Assembly: GCA_963805085.1 (NCBI GenBank) | Contig: CAWDTA010000003.1 | Location: 312,924-376,923 of the forward strand | Direction of reading: 5' to 3' | DNA length: 64,000 bases | DNA from: an uncultured Veillonellaceae bacterium | GTDB lineage: Bacteria > Bacillota > Negativicutes > JARBTT01 | Part shown: positions 1 to 8,903 of the stretch, in pieces | Numbering within the stretch: the stretch's first letter is position 1 | How the letters are laid out: each line of letters starts with the position of its first letter | The notes under the pieces: model-generated | What the model saw: the letters and a program-made list of their open reading frames with translations, nothing else | Database searches by the model: none | What the model was told of the DNA's origin: nothing | Translations under genes and position numbers: made by a program

Positions 1-2091
1 GAAATGATTTTTTATTTTATTGATACTGGTACTTTTAATCGGCTTGGTGAAACGGCTAGAACAAGAAAAGCCAAGGTGCTGATCATTTGTGCAACAACTG
101 AGGACCCAACCTCAGCATTAACGAGGACTTTTGTTCGACGTATTCCAAATATTATTACGATTAAACCATTGATTGAACGATCGCTACAAGAAAAAATTAC
201 AATTATTCGGTTATTATTATCCGATGAAGTGCAAAGAATCAATAAGCCCGTAAAGATTACAGTGGAATCTATTAAAGCATTAATTGGTAGTATTGGCTCA
301 GGCAATGTTGGACAGTTAAAGTCAAATATTAAGTTACTATGTGCCAAAGCATTTTTAAATGGTATCGATAACCCGAGTTATATAGAAATTGATTTTAAAA
401 TATTACCATCAAAAATAAAGACAGGACTACTGACGCTCAGTGCGAATCGTAAAGAACTTTCTGAACTTAGTACGTACATTGACGAACCATTGTTTATTAT
501 GCCAGAAGGTGAAAAATTGCTCGTCGATGAAGAAGTTGATAAAGATTCCTTTAACTTATATCAAGTAGTAGAAGATAAAGTTGATTTATTAAAAGGTGAA
601 GGTATCAGTAATGAACTGATTAAACAAATTGTGGCTACCGATGTGAACGTCTATATTAAATCATTTTATAATAAGCAAGATTCTCATATGACAGCGAGGC
701 AAAGGTTGCTCAAAATCGTTGATAAAGATTTGGTGGATTTTACGGAAGCAATCAACATCTTAGCACAAAAGCGTTTGAATAGAGAGTATCGTGACAGATT
801 TTTATATGCATTTAGTCTTCATTTAAGTGCGTTTTTAAAACGGGTAAAAGCAAAGCAAGAACTATCATATAGCAAAATAGAAGGGGCATTGCCTGCAGAT
901 TCGCTTGAATTTCAGGTGGCATTAGAGATTAAGGATAAGATCGAGGCACATTATCATATTGAAGTTCCCAAGGCGGAAATAGAATATTTTGCTTTGCTGC
1001 TAAGCTCAGTGAAGGAAGATGAAAAAGAAGAAAAAGTTGTGATCATTGTTGCAACGCATGGGAAAAGTACAGCCTCTTCGATGGTAGAGGTGGCACAAAA
1101 ATTGTTTAGTACCAATGATACAAATTTGATGGCGATTGATATGCCTTTAGATGTAAGCCCACAAGAGATCTTGGATAAAATGATTGAAAAATTGGAAGAT
1201 TTAAATTATCAAAAGGGTGCCTTATTACTTGTCGATATGGGATCATTGTGTAATTTTGGTACATTGATTATGGAAAGATTAAAAGTGCAAGTAAAAACAA
1301 TCGATATGGTATCGACACCGCTTATCTTGGAGGCGATGCGTAAAGCCGATATTGTTGGGATGGATTTGAATAGTATTTATGAGTCTCTCCTCAATTTTAA
1401 AGGGTATGAGGTTGCCCTTGTCGATGGGAAACATGTGAGAACAGCTCATGAAGTTATTGTCACGATTTGCACTTCGGGAGAAGGGGCAGCGCTGAAATTG
1501 AAAGAATTGGTCGAAGATATTTTGGCCAATGCCATCGATCGAGATATTGAAGTAGTCCCAGTCGGGGTTAAAGATCTTGATCATACCTTAGAAGAATTAT
1601 TAAAACAGCATACAATCGTTGCTACTGTCGGTATGATAAAACCCAAAATAGATGTTCCCTTTATCCCATTAGAGAAATTAATCAATGGTGAAGGTGAAAA
1701 TATTATTCGTAATATTATAAAATTAGATAATAAAATGATTGCAAAGGAAAAGAATGTTGTTGTTCGCAATCTTTGTGAAGAAAGTTTGCAAAAATTCTTA
1801 ACATATTTAAATCCAAGCAAGGTTATTAGTGTATTACTTGAATTTGAAAGTGTATTAGAAAAAGAATTAAATCGTAAATTGAGCAATCCAATTCAAATTC
1901 GTTTAATTGTACATTGTGGTTGTGCATTAGAACGAATGGTCATTAACAATCCACTTCACTACGAGGGAAAACCAGATGTAATTGATACAGAGAAGTTTGA
2001 AGCAGTGAAAAAAGCAACTAGTGTATTTAAAAATACGCTAAAAATTACTTTAACTGATGATGAAATGTTATTAATTACCGAAATGTTGTAA
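1..2091 (+). CDS. LevR-type sigma54-dependent transcriptional activator with PRD and PTS EIIA/EIIB-like domains (5' end outside window)
   Basis: Frame open from base 1 (EMIFYFIDTGTFNRLGET = end of AAA+ domain; GNVGQLKSNI); PRD histidines (FSLHLSAF, LIVHCGCA), EIIA-man motif ATHGKSTASSM, EIIB-like TICTSGEG; directly upstream of a sigma54 promoter and PTS operon. Confidence 0.9.
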   Translation, partial: EMIFYFIDTGTFNRLGETARTRKAKVLIICATTEDPTSALTRTFVRRIPNIITIKPLIERSLQEKITIIRLLLSDEVQRINKPVKITVESIKALIGSIGSGNVGQLKSNIKLLCAKAFLNGIDNPSYIEIDFKILPSKIKTGLLTLSANRKELSELSTYIDEPLFIMPEGEKLLVDEEVDKDSFNLYQVVEDKVDLLKGEGISNELIKQIVATDVNVYIKSFYNKQDSHMTARQRLLKIVDKDLVDFTEAINILAQKRLNREYRDRFLYAFSLHLSAFLKRVKAKQELSYSKIEGALPADSLEFQVALEIKDKIEAHYHIEVPKAEIEYFALLLSSVKEDEKEEKVVIIVATHGKSTASSMVEVAQKLFSTNDTNLMAIDMPLDVSPQEILDKMIEKLEDLNYQKGALLLVDMGSLCNFGTLIMERLKVQVKTIDMVSTPLILEAMRKADIVGMDLNSIYESLLNFKGYEVALVDGKHVRTAHEVIVTICTSGEGAALKLKELVEDILANAIDRDIEVVPVGVKDLDHTLEELLKQHTIVATVGMIKPKIDVPFIPLEKLINGEGENIIRNIIKLDNKMIAKEKNVVVRNLCEESLQKFLTYLNPSKVISVLLEFESVLEKELNRKLSNPIQIRLIVHCGCALERMVINNPLHYEGKPDVIDTEKFEAVKKATSVFKNTLKITLTDDEMLLITEML

Positions 2092-2265
2092 AATTTAAAA
2101 TACACTATTGTAACTTAGTTTACAATAGTGTATTTTTATTATTTGATAATTAGTGTATTAGATGAAATAAAATAGTGTATTGTTATGTGTAATAGTGTAT
2201 TTGAAATCTGGTGAATAGTAGAAAAATAATCGAAACTTATACTATTATAAACTGATACACATAAT

Positions 2266-2281
2266 TGGCACGCTGCTTGCA
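2266..2281 (+). promoter_or_regulatory. sigma54 -24/-12 promoter of the PTS operon
   Basis: TGGCACGCTGCTTGCA with exact GG-N10-GC spacing, 65 nt upstream of the EIIA start. Confidence 0.9.
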
Positions 2282-2345
2282 TATGAATATAGGCGAGTAA
2301 TGATCCCAGAGAAGAAGTTGAATTGATGTAAGAGGAGGTCAAAGG

Positions 2346-2783
2346 ATGTTAGCGATTATTGTTGGAACACATGGTAATTTTGCAAGTGAACTTGTTAAAA
2401 CTTGTGAAATGATTTGTGGAGCCACGACAAATGTAAAAGCAGTTACTTTAGTACCAGGTGAGGGAGCTGACGATTTGATGGTTAAATATAGCGCAGCTTT
2501 AAAAGAACTTGATACAAAAGATGGCGTTATATTTTTAAATGATCTATTTGGTGGTAGTCCTTATAATGCAGCTTGCCGTATTGCCATTCAAGAAGAGAAA
2601 TACGGAATTGTAACGGGTGTTAGCTTGCCAATGTTAATTGAGATGGTTAGCTATCAACTATGCAATCCAGAAGTTGGCGATATTAAAGAAGTGATGCAAA
2701 AAGCTGTTGAAGCAGGTCAAGCTGGAACACAAATATTTCATTTAAGTACTATAAATAATGACGAAGAGGAGGACGATCTATAA
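2346..2783 (+). CDS. PTS mannose/fructose/sorbose family EIIA
   Basis: IIVGTHG phospho-His motif, DLFGGSPYN; RBS GAGGAGG. Confidence 0.95.
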   Translation: MLAIIVGTHGNFASELVKTCEMICGATTNVKAVTLVPGEGADDLMVKYSAALKELDTKDGVIFLNDLFGGSPYNAACRIAIQEEKYGIVTGVSLPMLIEMVSYQLCNPEVGDIKEVMQKAVEAGQAGTQIFHLSTINNDEEEDDL

Positions 2784-3259
2784 TGAATATCGTATTAGCT
2801 AGAATTGATGATCGCTTAATCCATGGGCAAGTGGCAACGATCTGGGCAAAAGTAACAAACTGTGAACGCATTATCGTCTGTGATGATGAGGTGGCTGCTG
2901 ATTCAATTAGATCTACATTGTTAAAACAAGTAGCACCTCCAGGAATTAAATCAAGTGTAGTTGACATTGATAAAGCGGTGCGTGCTTACAATAGTCCAAA
3001 GTATGAAACAGCTAAATGTCTATTGTTATTTACCAACCCTACAAGCGTATTACGCATGGTAGAAGCTGGGGTAAACATCACGAGTGTTAACATTGGTGGT
3101 ATGAGTTTTAAAGAAGGTAAAAGACAACTTACGCAAGCTGTATCAGTAAATGATGCAGATGTAGAAGCTTTTAAAGCACTCAATGCAAAAGGTATCGAAC
3201 TTGAAATTAGAAAAGTTGATAGCGATTCAAAAGTAAATTTAATGAGTGTATTAAAGTAA
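2783..3259 (+). CDS. PTS mannose/fructose/sorbose family EIIB
   Basis: ARIDDRLIHGQV motif; overlaps EIIA stop (TAATG). Confidence 0.95.
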   Translation: MNIVLARIDDRLIHGQVATIWAKVTNCERIIVCDDEVAADSIRSTLLKQVAPPGIKSSVVDIDKAVRAYNSPKYETAKCLLLFTNPTSVLRMVEAGVNITSVNIGGMSFKEGKRQLTQAVSVNDADVEAFKALNAKGIELEIRKVDSDSKVNLMSVLK

Positions 3260-3350
3260 ATCATAGTTAGTGATAAGTTGAGATTTTTATTCATATTATT
3301 AAGGGTTATATAAAATGTAATCATAAATATCATAATTGGAGGGATGACTT

Positions 3351-4160
3351 ATGGAACTTAGTACTTTACAAATTATTGCGGTATTCCTAATGTCTTGCGT
3401 TTGTGGTATGGGTAGTATATTGGATGAATTCCAAACACATCGTCCATTGATCGCGTGTACTCTAACTGGTCTAATTTTAGGTGACATGACAACAGGTATT
3501 ATTATCGGTGGTACATTAGAAATGATTGCTCTTGGTTGGATGAATATTGGGGCAGCAGTTGCGCCAGATGCAGCGTTGGCATCCGTTATTTCCACAATCT
3601 TAGTAATCGCTGGTAAACAAAGTATTGGTGCTGGTATCGCAATTGCGATGCCGCTTGCAGCTGCAGGTCAAGTACTTACAATTATCGTGAGGACAATAAC
3701 AATTTTCTTCCAGCATAAAGCTGATGATTATGCAAGAGAAGGTAACTTAAATGGCATTGATATGTGTCATATATTGGCTTTATTTATCCAAGCATTACGT
3801 ATTTCCATTCCTGCTGTTTTAGTAGCAATGTTCGTTGGTACTGGCGCAGTTCAATCCATGCTTGCAGCAATTCCACCTGTAATCACTGGTGGTTTACAAG
3901 TAGCTGGTGGTTTCATCGTGGTTGTAGGGTATGCAATGGTTATTAACATGATGGGTGCGAAATATCTAATGCCTTTCTTCTTCTTAGGTTTTGTTTGCGC
4001 AGCATTTACAAACTTCAACTTGGTTGCATTTGGGGTAATTGGTGTTGTACTGGCAATTGTTTACATTCAATTAAATCCTAAATATCAAGCAGTAAGTATT
4101 GCAACAGCTGGTGTTGCTGCTACAAAAGCAGACGATTTAGACGACGATTTAGACGACTAA
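3351..4160 (+). CDS. manY: PTS mannose family EIIC
   Basis: LDEFQTHRPLIACTL, WMNIGAAVAPDAALAS motifs; hydrophobic. Confidence 0.92.
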   Translation: MELSTLQIIAVFLMSCVCGMGSILDEFQTHRPLIACTLTGLILGDMTTGIIIGGTLEMIALGWMNIGAAVAPDAALASVISTILVIAGKQSIGAGIAIAMPLAAAGQVLTIIVRTITIFFQHKADDYAREGNLNGIDMCHILALFIQALRISIPAVLVAMFVGTGAVQSMLAAIPPVITGGLQVAGGFIVVVGYAMVINMMGAKYLMPFFFLGFVCAAFTNFNLVAFGVIGVVLAIVYIQLNPKYQAVSIATAGVAATKADDLDDDLDD

Positions 4161-4188
4161 TAATTTAATTTGAAGGAGGAAGATTACA

Positions 4189-5016
4189 ATGGCAAATCAA
4201 ACGAAAAAATTAACCAAAGGTGACATGTTTAGTGCATTTATTCGCTCGAACTTCTTGCAAGGTTCTTGGAACTTTGAAAGAATGCAAGCGTTAGGATATT
4301 GTTTCGGTATGGTACCAATTATTAAAAGACTATATGAAGGTCAAGAACGTAAAGATGCGATTAAAAGACATTTAGAGTTCTATAACACACAGCCGTTCGT
4401 TACAGCACCGATCATTGGGATTACAGCTGCAATGGAAGAACAAAGAGCCAATGGTGCTGATATTCCAGATAGTGTTATCAATGGTATCAAGGTAGGTATG
4501 ATGGGACCTTTAGCTGGTGTTGGTGACCCGATTTTCTGGGGTACATTAAGACCAATGACAGCTGCACTTGGTGCTTCTATCGCTTTAACTGGTAGTTTAT
4601 TGGGACCAATTCTTTTCTTCGTACTATTTAATGTAATTCGTTTAGCTGTTAGATGGTATGGCATACAATATGGTTACAGCAAAGGTACTGACGTCGTTAA
4701 AGATGTTGCTGGTAATAAACTTCAAAAAATTACAGAAGGTGCTTCAATACTAGGGCTATTTGTAATGGGTGCTTTAGTTTGTAAATGGACATCAGTAAAT
4801 GTACCACTTGTAGTATCAACAATCACAATGCAAGATGGTAAAATTGCCGTAACAACTGTCCAAGATATTTTCAATCAATTGATGCCTGGTTTAATACCAT
4901 TGATCTTAACCTTTATTTGCATGGACTTACTCAAAAAGAAAGTCAATGCACTTTGGATTATCTTCGGCTTATTTGCTGTAGGGATTGCTGGTTTCGCAAT
5001 GGGAGTTTTAAAATAG
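4189..5016 (+). CDS. manZ: PTS mannose family EIID
   Basis: SWNFERMQALG, MMGPLAGVGDPIFWGT motifs. Confidence 0.92.
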   Translation: MANQTKKLTKGDMFSAFIRSNFLQGSWNFERMQALGYCFGMVPIIKRLYEGQERKDAIKRHLEFYNTQPFVTAPIIGITAAMEEQRANGADIPDSVINGIKVGMMGPLAGVGDPIFWGTLRPMTAALGASIALTGSLLGPILFFVLFNVIRLAVRWYGIQYGYSKGTDVVKDVAGNKLQKITEGASILGLFVMGALVCKWTSVNVPLVVSTITMQDGKIAVTTVQDIFNQLMPGLIPLILTFICMDLLKKKVNALWIIFGLFAVGIAGFAMGVLK

Positions 5017-5072
5017 TTTTTATATAGTATATGTAAAAACTATAACTGTAAAAATGGTTAGACTGTAAAAGA

Positions 5073-5109
5073 AACAGGCTATTAATACTTAAACTATTAA
5101 TAGCCTGTT
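5073..5109 (+). terminator. Intrinsic terminator after PTS operon
   Basis: AACAGGCTATTAATA-N7-TATTAATAGCCTGTT inverted repeat. Confidence 0.7.
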
Positions 5110-5297
5110 CTCTATTTGAATTGATATATTTATCACTGAATCAATATAAATGATTTTGTTAGGTTAATTTTATTAAAAATAAGCTATACTTATAATAAGT
5201 AGGACTTTACAATAATTGAAGTAATAGATAGAATAAGACTATAGTATATTGTTTTTATTTTCACAATTATATTTACTTGGTAAGGGGAAGTGACTGT

Positions 5298-6257
5298 ATG
5301 TTAAAATGTATTGCAGTAATGACTAGTGGTGGCGATAGCCCAGGAATGAACGCGGCAGCTCGTGCTGTTGTTAGAACAGCATTATATGAAGGTGCTGAAG
5401 TATATGGTATTTATAATGGTTACCAAGGTATTTTAGAGGATGATATGAAAAAATTGGCGTCTCGTGATGTTGGGGATATTATCCAACGTGGTGGTACTTT
5501 CCTTGGTACAGCGCGTTGTGATGAATTCAGAACGGAAGCGGGACGTAAAAAAGCATTAGAAAATTTAAAGAAACGTGGGATTCAAGGGGTCGTTATCATT
5601 GGTGGTGATGGTAGTTTAACTGGTGGTAAATTATTAAGTGAGATGGGTATGCCGGTTGTTGGTCTGCCTGGAACAATTGATAATGATGTATGGGGTACAG
5701 ATTATACGATTGGCTGTGATACTGCTGCCAATACGATCGTTGATGCAATTAACAAATTGCGTGATACCGCATCCGCACATCGCCGGATTATTATTATCGA
5801 AGTTATGGGACGTAAATCTGGCTGGCTTGCAATGCAGGCAGGTATTTCAGGTGGCGCTGAACATATACTAGTGCCAGAAGCGAAATTTGACATTGATGAA
5901 ATTTGTGAAGAATTGAAAGCAGCTTATGAACGCGGCAAACGTTACAGCATTGTAGTTGTTGCCGAAGGTGCAGGCAATGCGATTGATATTGGTAAACAAG
6001 TAGCTGAAAAAACTGGTATTGATACTAGAGTATCGGTATTGGGACATATTCAGCGTGGTGGCTCACCAAGTGTTGAAGATCGTATCAAAGCAAGTATGCT
6101 CGGCGAAAAAGCTGCGCTTGCGCTTCTTTCTGGTTTATCCAACGTAGTCTTTGGCTTTGAGGCTGGAAAACCAGTTAGTATTGATTTAGCAGATGCCGTA
6201 GGCAACACAAAAACATTGGATCCAGAACTGATTCGCTTAGCGAAAGTATTGGCATAA
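5298..6257 (+). CDS. pfkA: ATP-dependent 6-phosphofructokinase
   Basis: TSGGDSPGMNAA, GGDGS, PGTIDND, EVMGR, LGHIQRGG motifs; ATG at 5298 after AAGGGG. Confidence 0.97.
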   Translation: MLKCIAVMTSGGDSPGMNAAARAVVRTALYEGAEVYGIYNGYQGILEDDMKKLASRDVGDIIQRGGTFLGTARCDEFRTEAGRKKALENLKKRGIQGVVIIGGDGSLTGGKLLSEMGMPVVGLPGTIDNDVWGTDYTIGCDTAANTIVDAINKLRDTASAHRRIIIIEVMGRKSGWLAMQAGISGGAEHILVPEAKFDIDEICEELKAAYERGKRYSIVVVAEGAGNAIDIGKQVAEKTGIDTRVSVLGHIQRGGSPSVEDRIKASMLGEKAALALLSGLSNVVFGFEAGKPVSIDLADAVGNTKTLDPELIRLAKVLA

Positions 6258-6261
6258 AAAT

Positions 6262-6296
6262 AAAAATGACTGAGAATTTTATTCTCAGTCATTTTT
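6262..6296 (+). terminator. Intrinsic terminator after pfkA
   Basis: AAAAATGACTGAGAAT/ATTCTCAGTCATTTTT hairpin. Confidence 0.8.
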
Positions 6297-6547
6297 GTTA
6301 TCTATTATAATTTTACACCGTCTAAAGATGAGTAATTTTTAAAATCATATTTTCCCATTTTATCATAAAAATCGACAATGTAAATGGAGACTATATAGTC
6401 TCTTCTTCAGTTACTGAATTTTAGTATTCATTTATTTTTTTTTGTAACAATAAGATAATAAAAAGAAAAGTAGGAAATAGAGTGGCAATGACGAATGTTA
6501 TTAACTTGTCTAGTATAGTAAAGGAAAGTTGTTGGAGGAATTGTTTT

Positions 6548-7072
6548 ATGCAGAAAAAAAGAAAATTAGAATTGCGTGATATGGTTATGATTGGTATGCT
6601 AGCGGCAATTTGCGTAATTGCAACATTGATTAAAATACCATTTGGTGTTGGGGCTATGGTGCATTTAGGGACAGCGGCAGTGTTTATAATTGGTATTTTG
6701 TTTGGCGGGATTTATGCAGGTTTGGCTGCGGCAATCGGCTCCGCGTTTTTTGACTTATTGTTAGGTTTTTCACCCTATACGATTTGGTCTTTTGTAATCA
6801 AGGGGGCGGCTGGTTTCACCATAGGGGTTGTTGCCCGTGGATTATGGCCAGAACTTATTGTCGGTCCCAAATGGTTGTTTCGTTCATGTTTAGGGATGGC
6901 CTTAGCAGCATCTTGTACGCTTGGTGGCTATGTGATTGCTTGGTGGGCTGTAACTGGCAGTGTAAGTGTAGCGATCAGTAATATGCCTAGTTCGTTATTG
7001 ACTTCCGGCGTAGGATTTGTCGTAGCAATCATCATTGCGCCCAAATTACGTCAAATATTACATAAACAATAA
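6548..7072 (+). CDS. ECF transporter S component
   Basis: ~174 aa, multiple TM segments, N-terminal MLAAICVI and VHLG...GxxxAAIGSAFFDLL pattern; RBS GGAGG before ATG 6548. Confidence 0.8.
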   Translation: MQKKRKLELRDMVMIGMLAAICVIATLIKIPFGVGAMVHLGTAAVFIIGILFGGIYAGLAAAIGSAFFDLLLGFSPYTIWSFVIKGAAGFTIGVVARGLWPELIVGPKWLFRSCLGMALAASCTLGGYVIAWWAVTGSVSVAISNMPSSLLTSGVGFVVAIIIAPKLRQILHKQ

Positions 7073-7098
7073 ATGATGTTGATAAGGGGCTGACTAGA

Positions 7099-7614
7099 AT
7101 GAGAAAAGCTTTACTTGTTGTAGATATGTTAAAGGATTTTATCAACCCAGAGGGAGCGCTCTTTTGTGGGATGCAAGGTCAAGCGATTGTTCCGTTTATC
7201 AAAGAAAAAATTACGGAGTCCCGTTTGGCGGGAGACACCATTATTTTTATTTGTGATCGTCATGAATCAGATGATGTAGAATTTAATCGTTTCCCTGCGC
7301 ATTGTATTGCTGGTACGTCTGGCGCGGAAGTTGTCCAGGAATTACAATTTGACAGATATGATGAAAATATTACCGGCAAACAACGCTATAGTGGTTTTTA
7401 TAATACTGACTTAGATGAGCAACTTGAAATGATCGATGAAATCGCAGTTGTTGGCGTTTGCACGAATATTTGTGTGCTCTTTACAGTAGAAGAACTTTGC
7501 AACCGGAATAAAAAAGTCATTGTTTACCGTGATGGCGTGGCGAGCTTTGATAACGAAGCACACGAATACGCTCTGAAGCAAATGGAAACGGTACTTGGTG
7601 CTGAAATTAAATAA
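7099..7614 (+). CDS. Cysteine hydrolase, nicotinamidase/isochorismatase family
   Basis: LLVVDMLKDF, D-x-H metal ligands, FPAHCIAGT, K-x-RYSGF, GVCTNICV catalytic Cys. Confidence 0.88.
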   Translation: MRKALLVVDMLKDFINPEGALFCGMQGQAIVPFIKEKITESRLAGDTIIFICDRHESDDVEFNRFPAHCIAGTSGAEVVQELQFDRYDENITGKQRYSGFYNTDLDEQLEMIDEIAVVGVCTNICVLFTVEELCNRNKKVIVYRDGVASFDNEAHEYALKQMETVLGAEIK

Positions 7615-7714
7615 GCTGGATTTTAGATTAAAATATATGCATGGTTAAGTAAAATGAGGACAAACTAAATGTACATTTAGTTTGTCCTCATTTTTATGAA
7701 AAGGGTGATATAGA

Positions 7715-8512
7715 TTGGAAAAACGCGGGTATAAAAAGGCAAAAAATAAATATGGCAAGGTAATGGCCACATTGACAGGGGCAATGCTTGTATCTTCAGC
7801 AATGCTTTCACATGCACCAGTAGCAGCTGCAAGTCCAAGTCCAAATTCAATTGCGAAATCTTTACCAGATGAGGTAACAGATGCATTATTAACATCTAAA
7901 CAGCAGGTTAGTGATAAATTAAAAAATAGTATTAATGAAAAAATCGAAGATAGTATTAATGAAGCAATAAAAGATGGTGTTAATAGTAAAGTAAAAAATG
8001 GCATTGATGAAAAAATAAAAGAACATATTAACGAAAAAATAAAAGATAGTGTAAATGATAAATTACAAGACAACGTGAATGATAAAACCAAAACACGTAT
8101 TAATAAAAAGCTAAATGAAGCATTATTAGAAAGAGAAGACGAGCTGCAACAAGTGATTACTGACAGAGCAAACGTAAAGATAAGACAAAGTAGTGCCCAT
8201 AAAGTATTGGATATTGTTGCAACTGCTTACGCATCAGGTTATGAAGATAATGGCCCATGGAATGATAAAACTCATATCGGCACCAAAGTTCGTCCTGGCA
8301 TTATTGCAGTTGATCCAAGGGTGATACCACTAGGATCAAAAGTTTATATCGAATTCGGAGACGGCAGAGGCATGTACGCCGTTGCCGAAGATACTGGCGG
8401 AGCCATCAAAGGCAATCGCATTGACATCGTAATGAGCAGTCGTGAAAAAGCACAAGATTTTGGGATACAAGATGTGAAAGTATATGTGCTGGATAAAGTG
8501 CTAGATGTATAG
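7715..8512 (+). CDS. Secreted 3D (MltA-like) domain protein with N-terminal 8-residue repeats
   Basis: Signal-peptide-like N-terminus; C-terminal ATAY...IAVDPRVIPLGS...AEDTGGAIKGNRID; start codon uncertain (TTG 7715). Confidence 0.85.
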   Translation: MEKRGYKKAKNKYGKVMATLTGAMLVSSAMLSHAPVAAASPSPNSIAKSLPDEVTDALLTSKQQVSDKLKNSINEKIEDSINEAIKDGVNSKVKNGIDEKIKEHINEKIKDSVNDKLQDNVNDKTKTRINKKLNEALLEREDELQQVITDRANVKIRQSSAHKVLDIVATAYASGYEDNGPWNDKTHIGTKVRPGIIAVDPRVIPLGSKVYIEFGDGRGMYAVAEDTGGAIKGNRIDIVMSSREKAQDFGIQDVKVYVLDKVLDV

Positions 8513-8800
8513 TATAAAGTTAAGTTAGTTTAAAAAACAGAAAATAATCAAAAATAGCTGGCACCTTTTTAGGAAGCTAGCTATTTTTGATAAAGATAGT
8601 GCATATAGCTCAAATTATGGGCTACTAAAAATGTACACTAACGCTTTAATAACTTGCAGTCGATAATGATACAATACTAGATTGAAGAAGTTTTAAGTTA
8701 TTGCAGATGGGGCTAATATTGAAAAATCTATTTACTGAAAATGGGCTAGAATTCAATAAATTAAATTGTTAGAAAATTCTTTTAACAAGTCGAATTATTA

Positions 8801-8859
8801 TTGACAAACGATAAAGAGAAGTATAAAATCATTCTTGTAAACGTTTACAAGAATGATTT
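8801..8859 (+). promoter_or_regulatory. sigmaA promoter and LacI-type (RbsR) operator of the ribose operon
   Basis: TTGACA(8801)-N17-TAAAAT(8824); overlapping perfect palindrome centred on TGTAAACGTTTACA. Confidence 0.85.
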
Positions 8860-8903
8860 ATTAGAAAATTCTAATAAAATAAATTGAAAAAGAGATAATA
8901 CAT

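Noticed and set aside
4131-4157. GACGATTTAGAC tandem repeat at end of EIIC
   Set aside because: Encodes the ordinary acidic tail DDLDDDLDD of mannose-family EIIC
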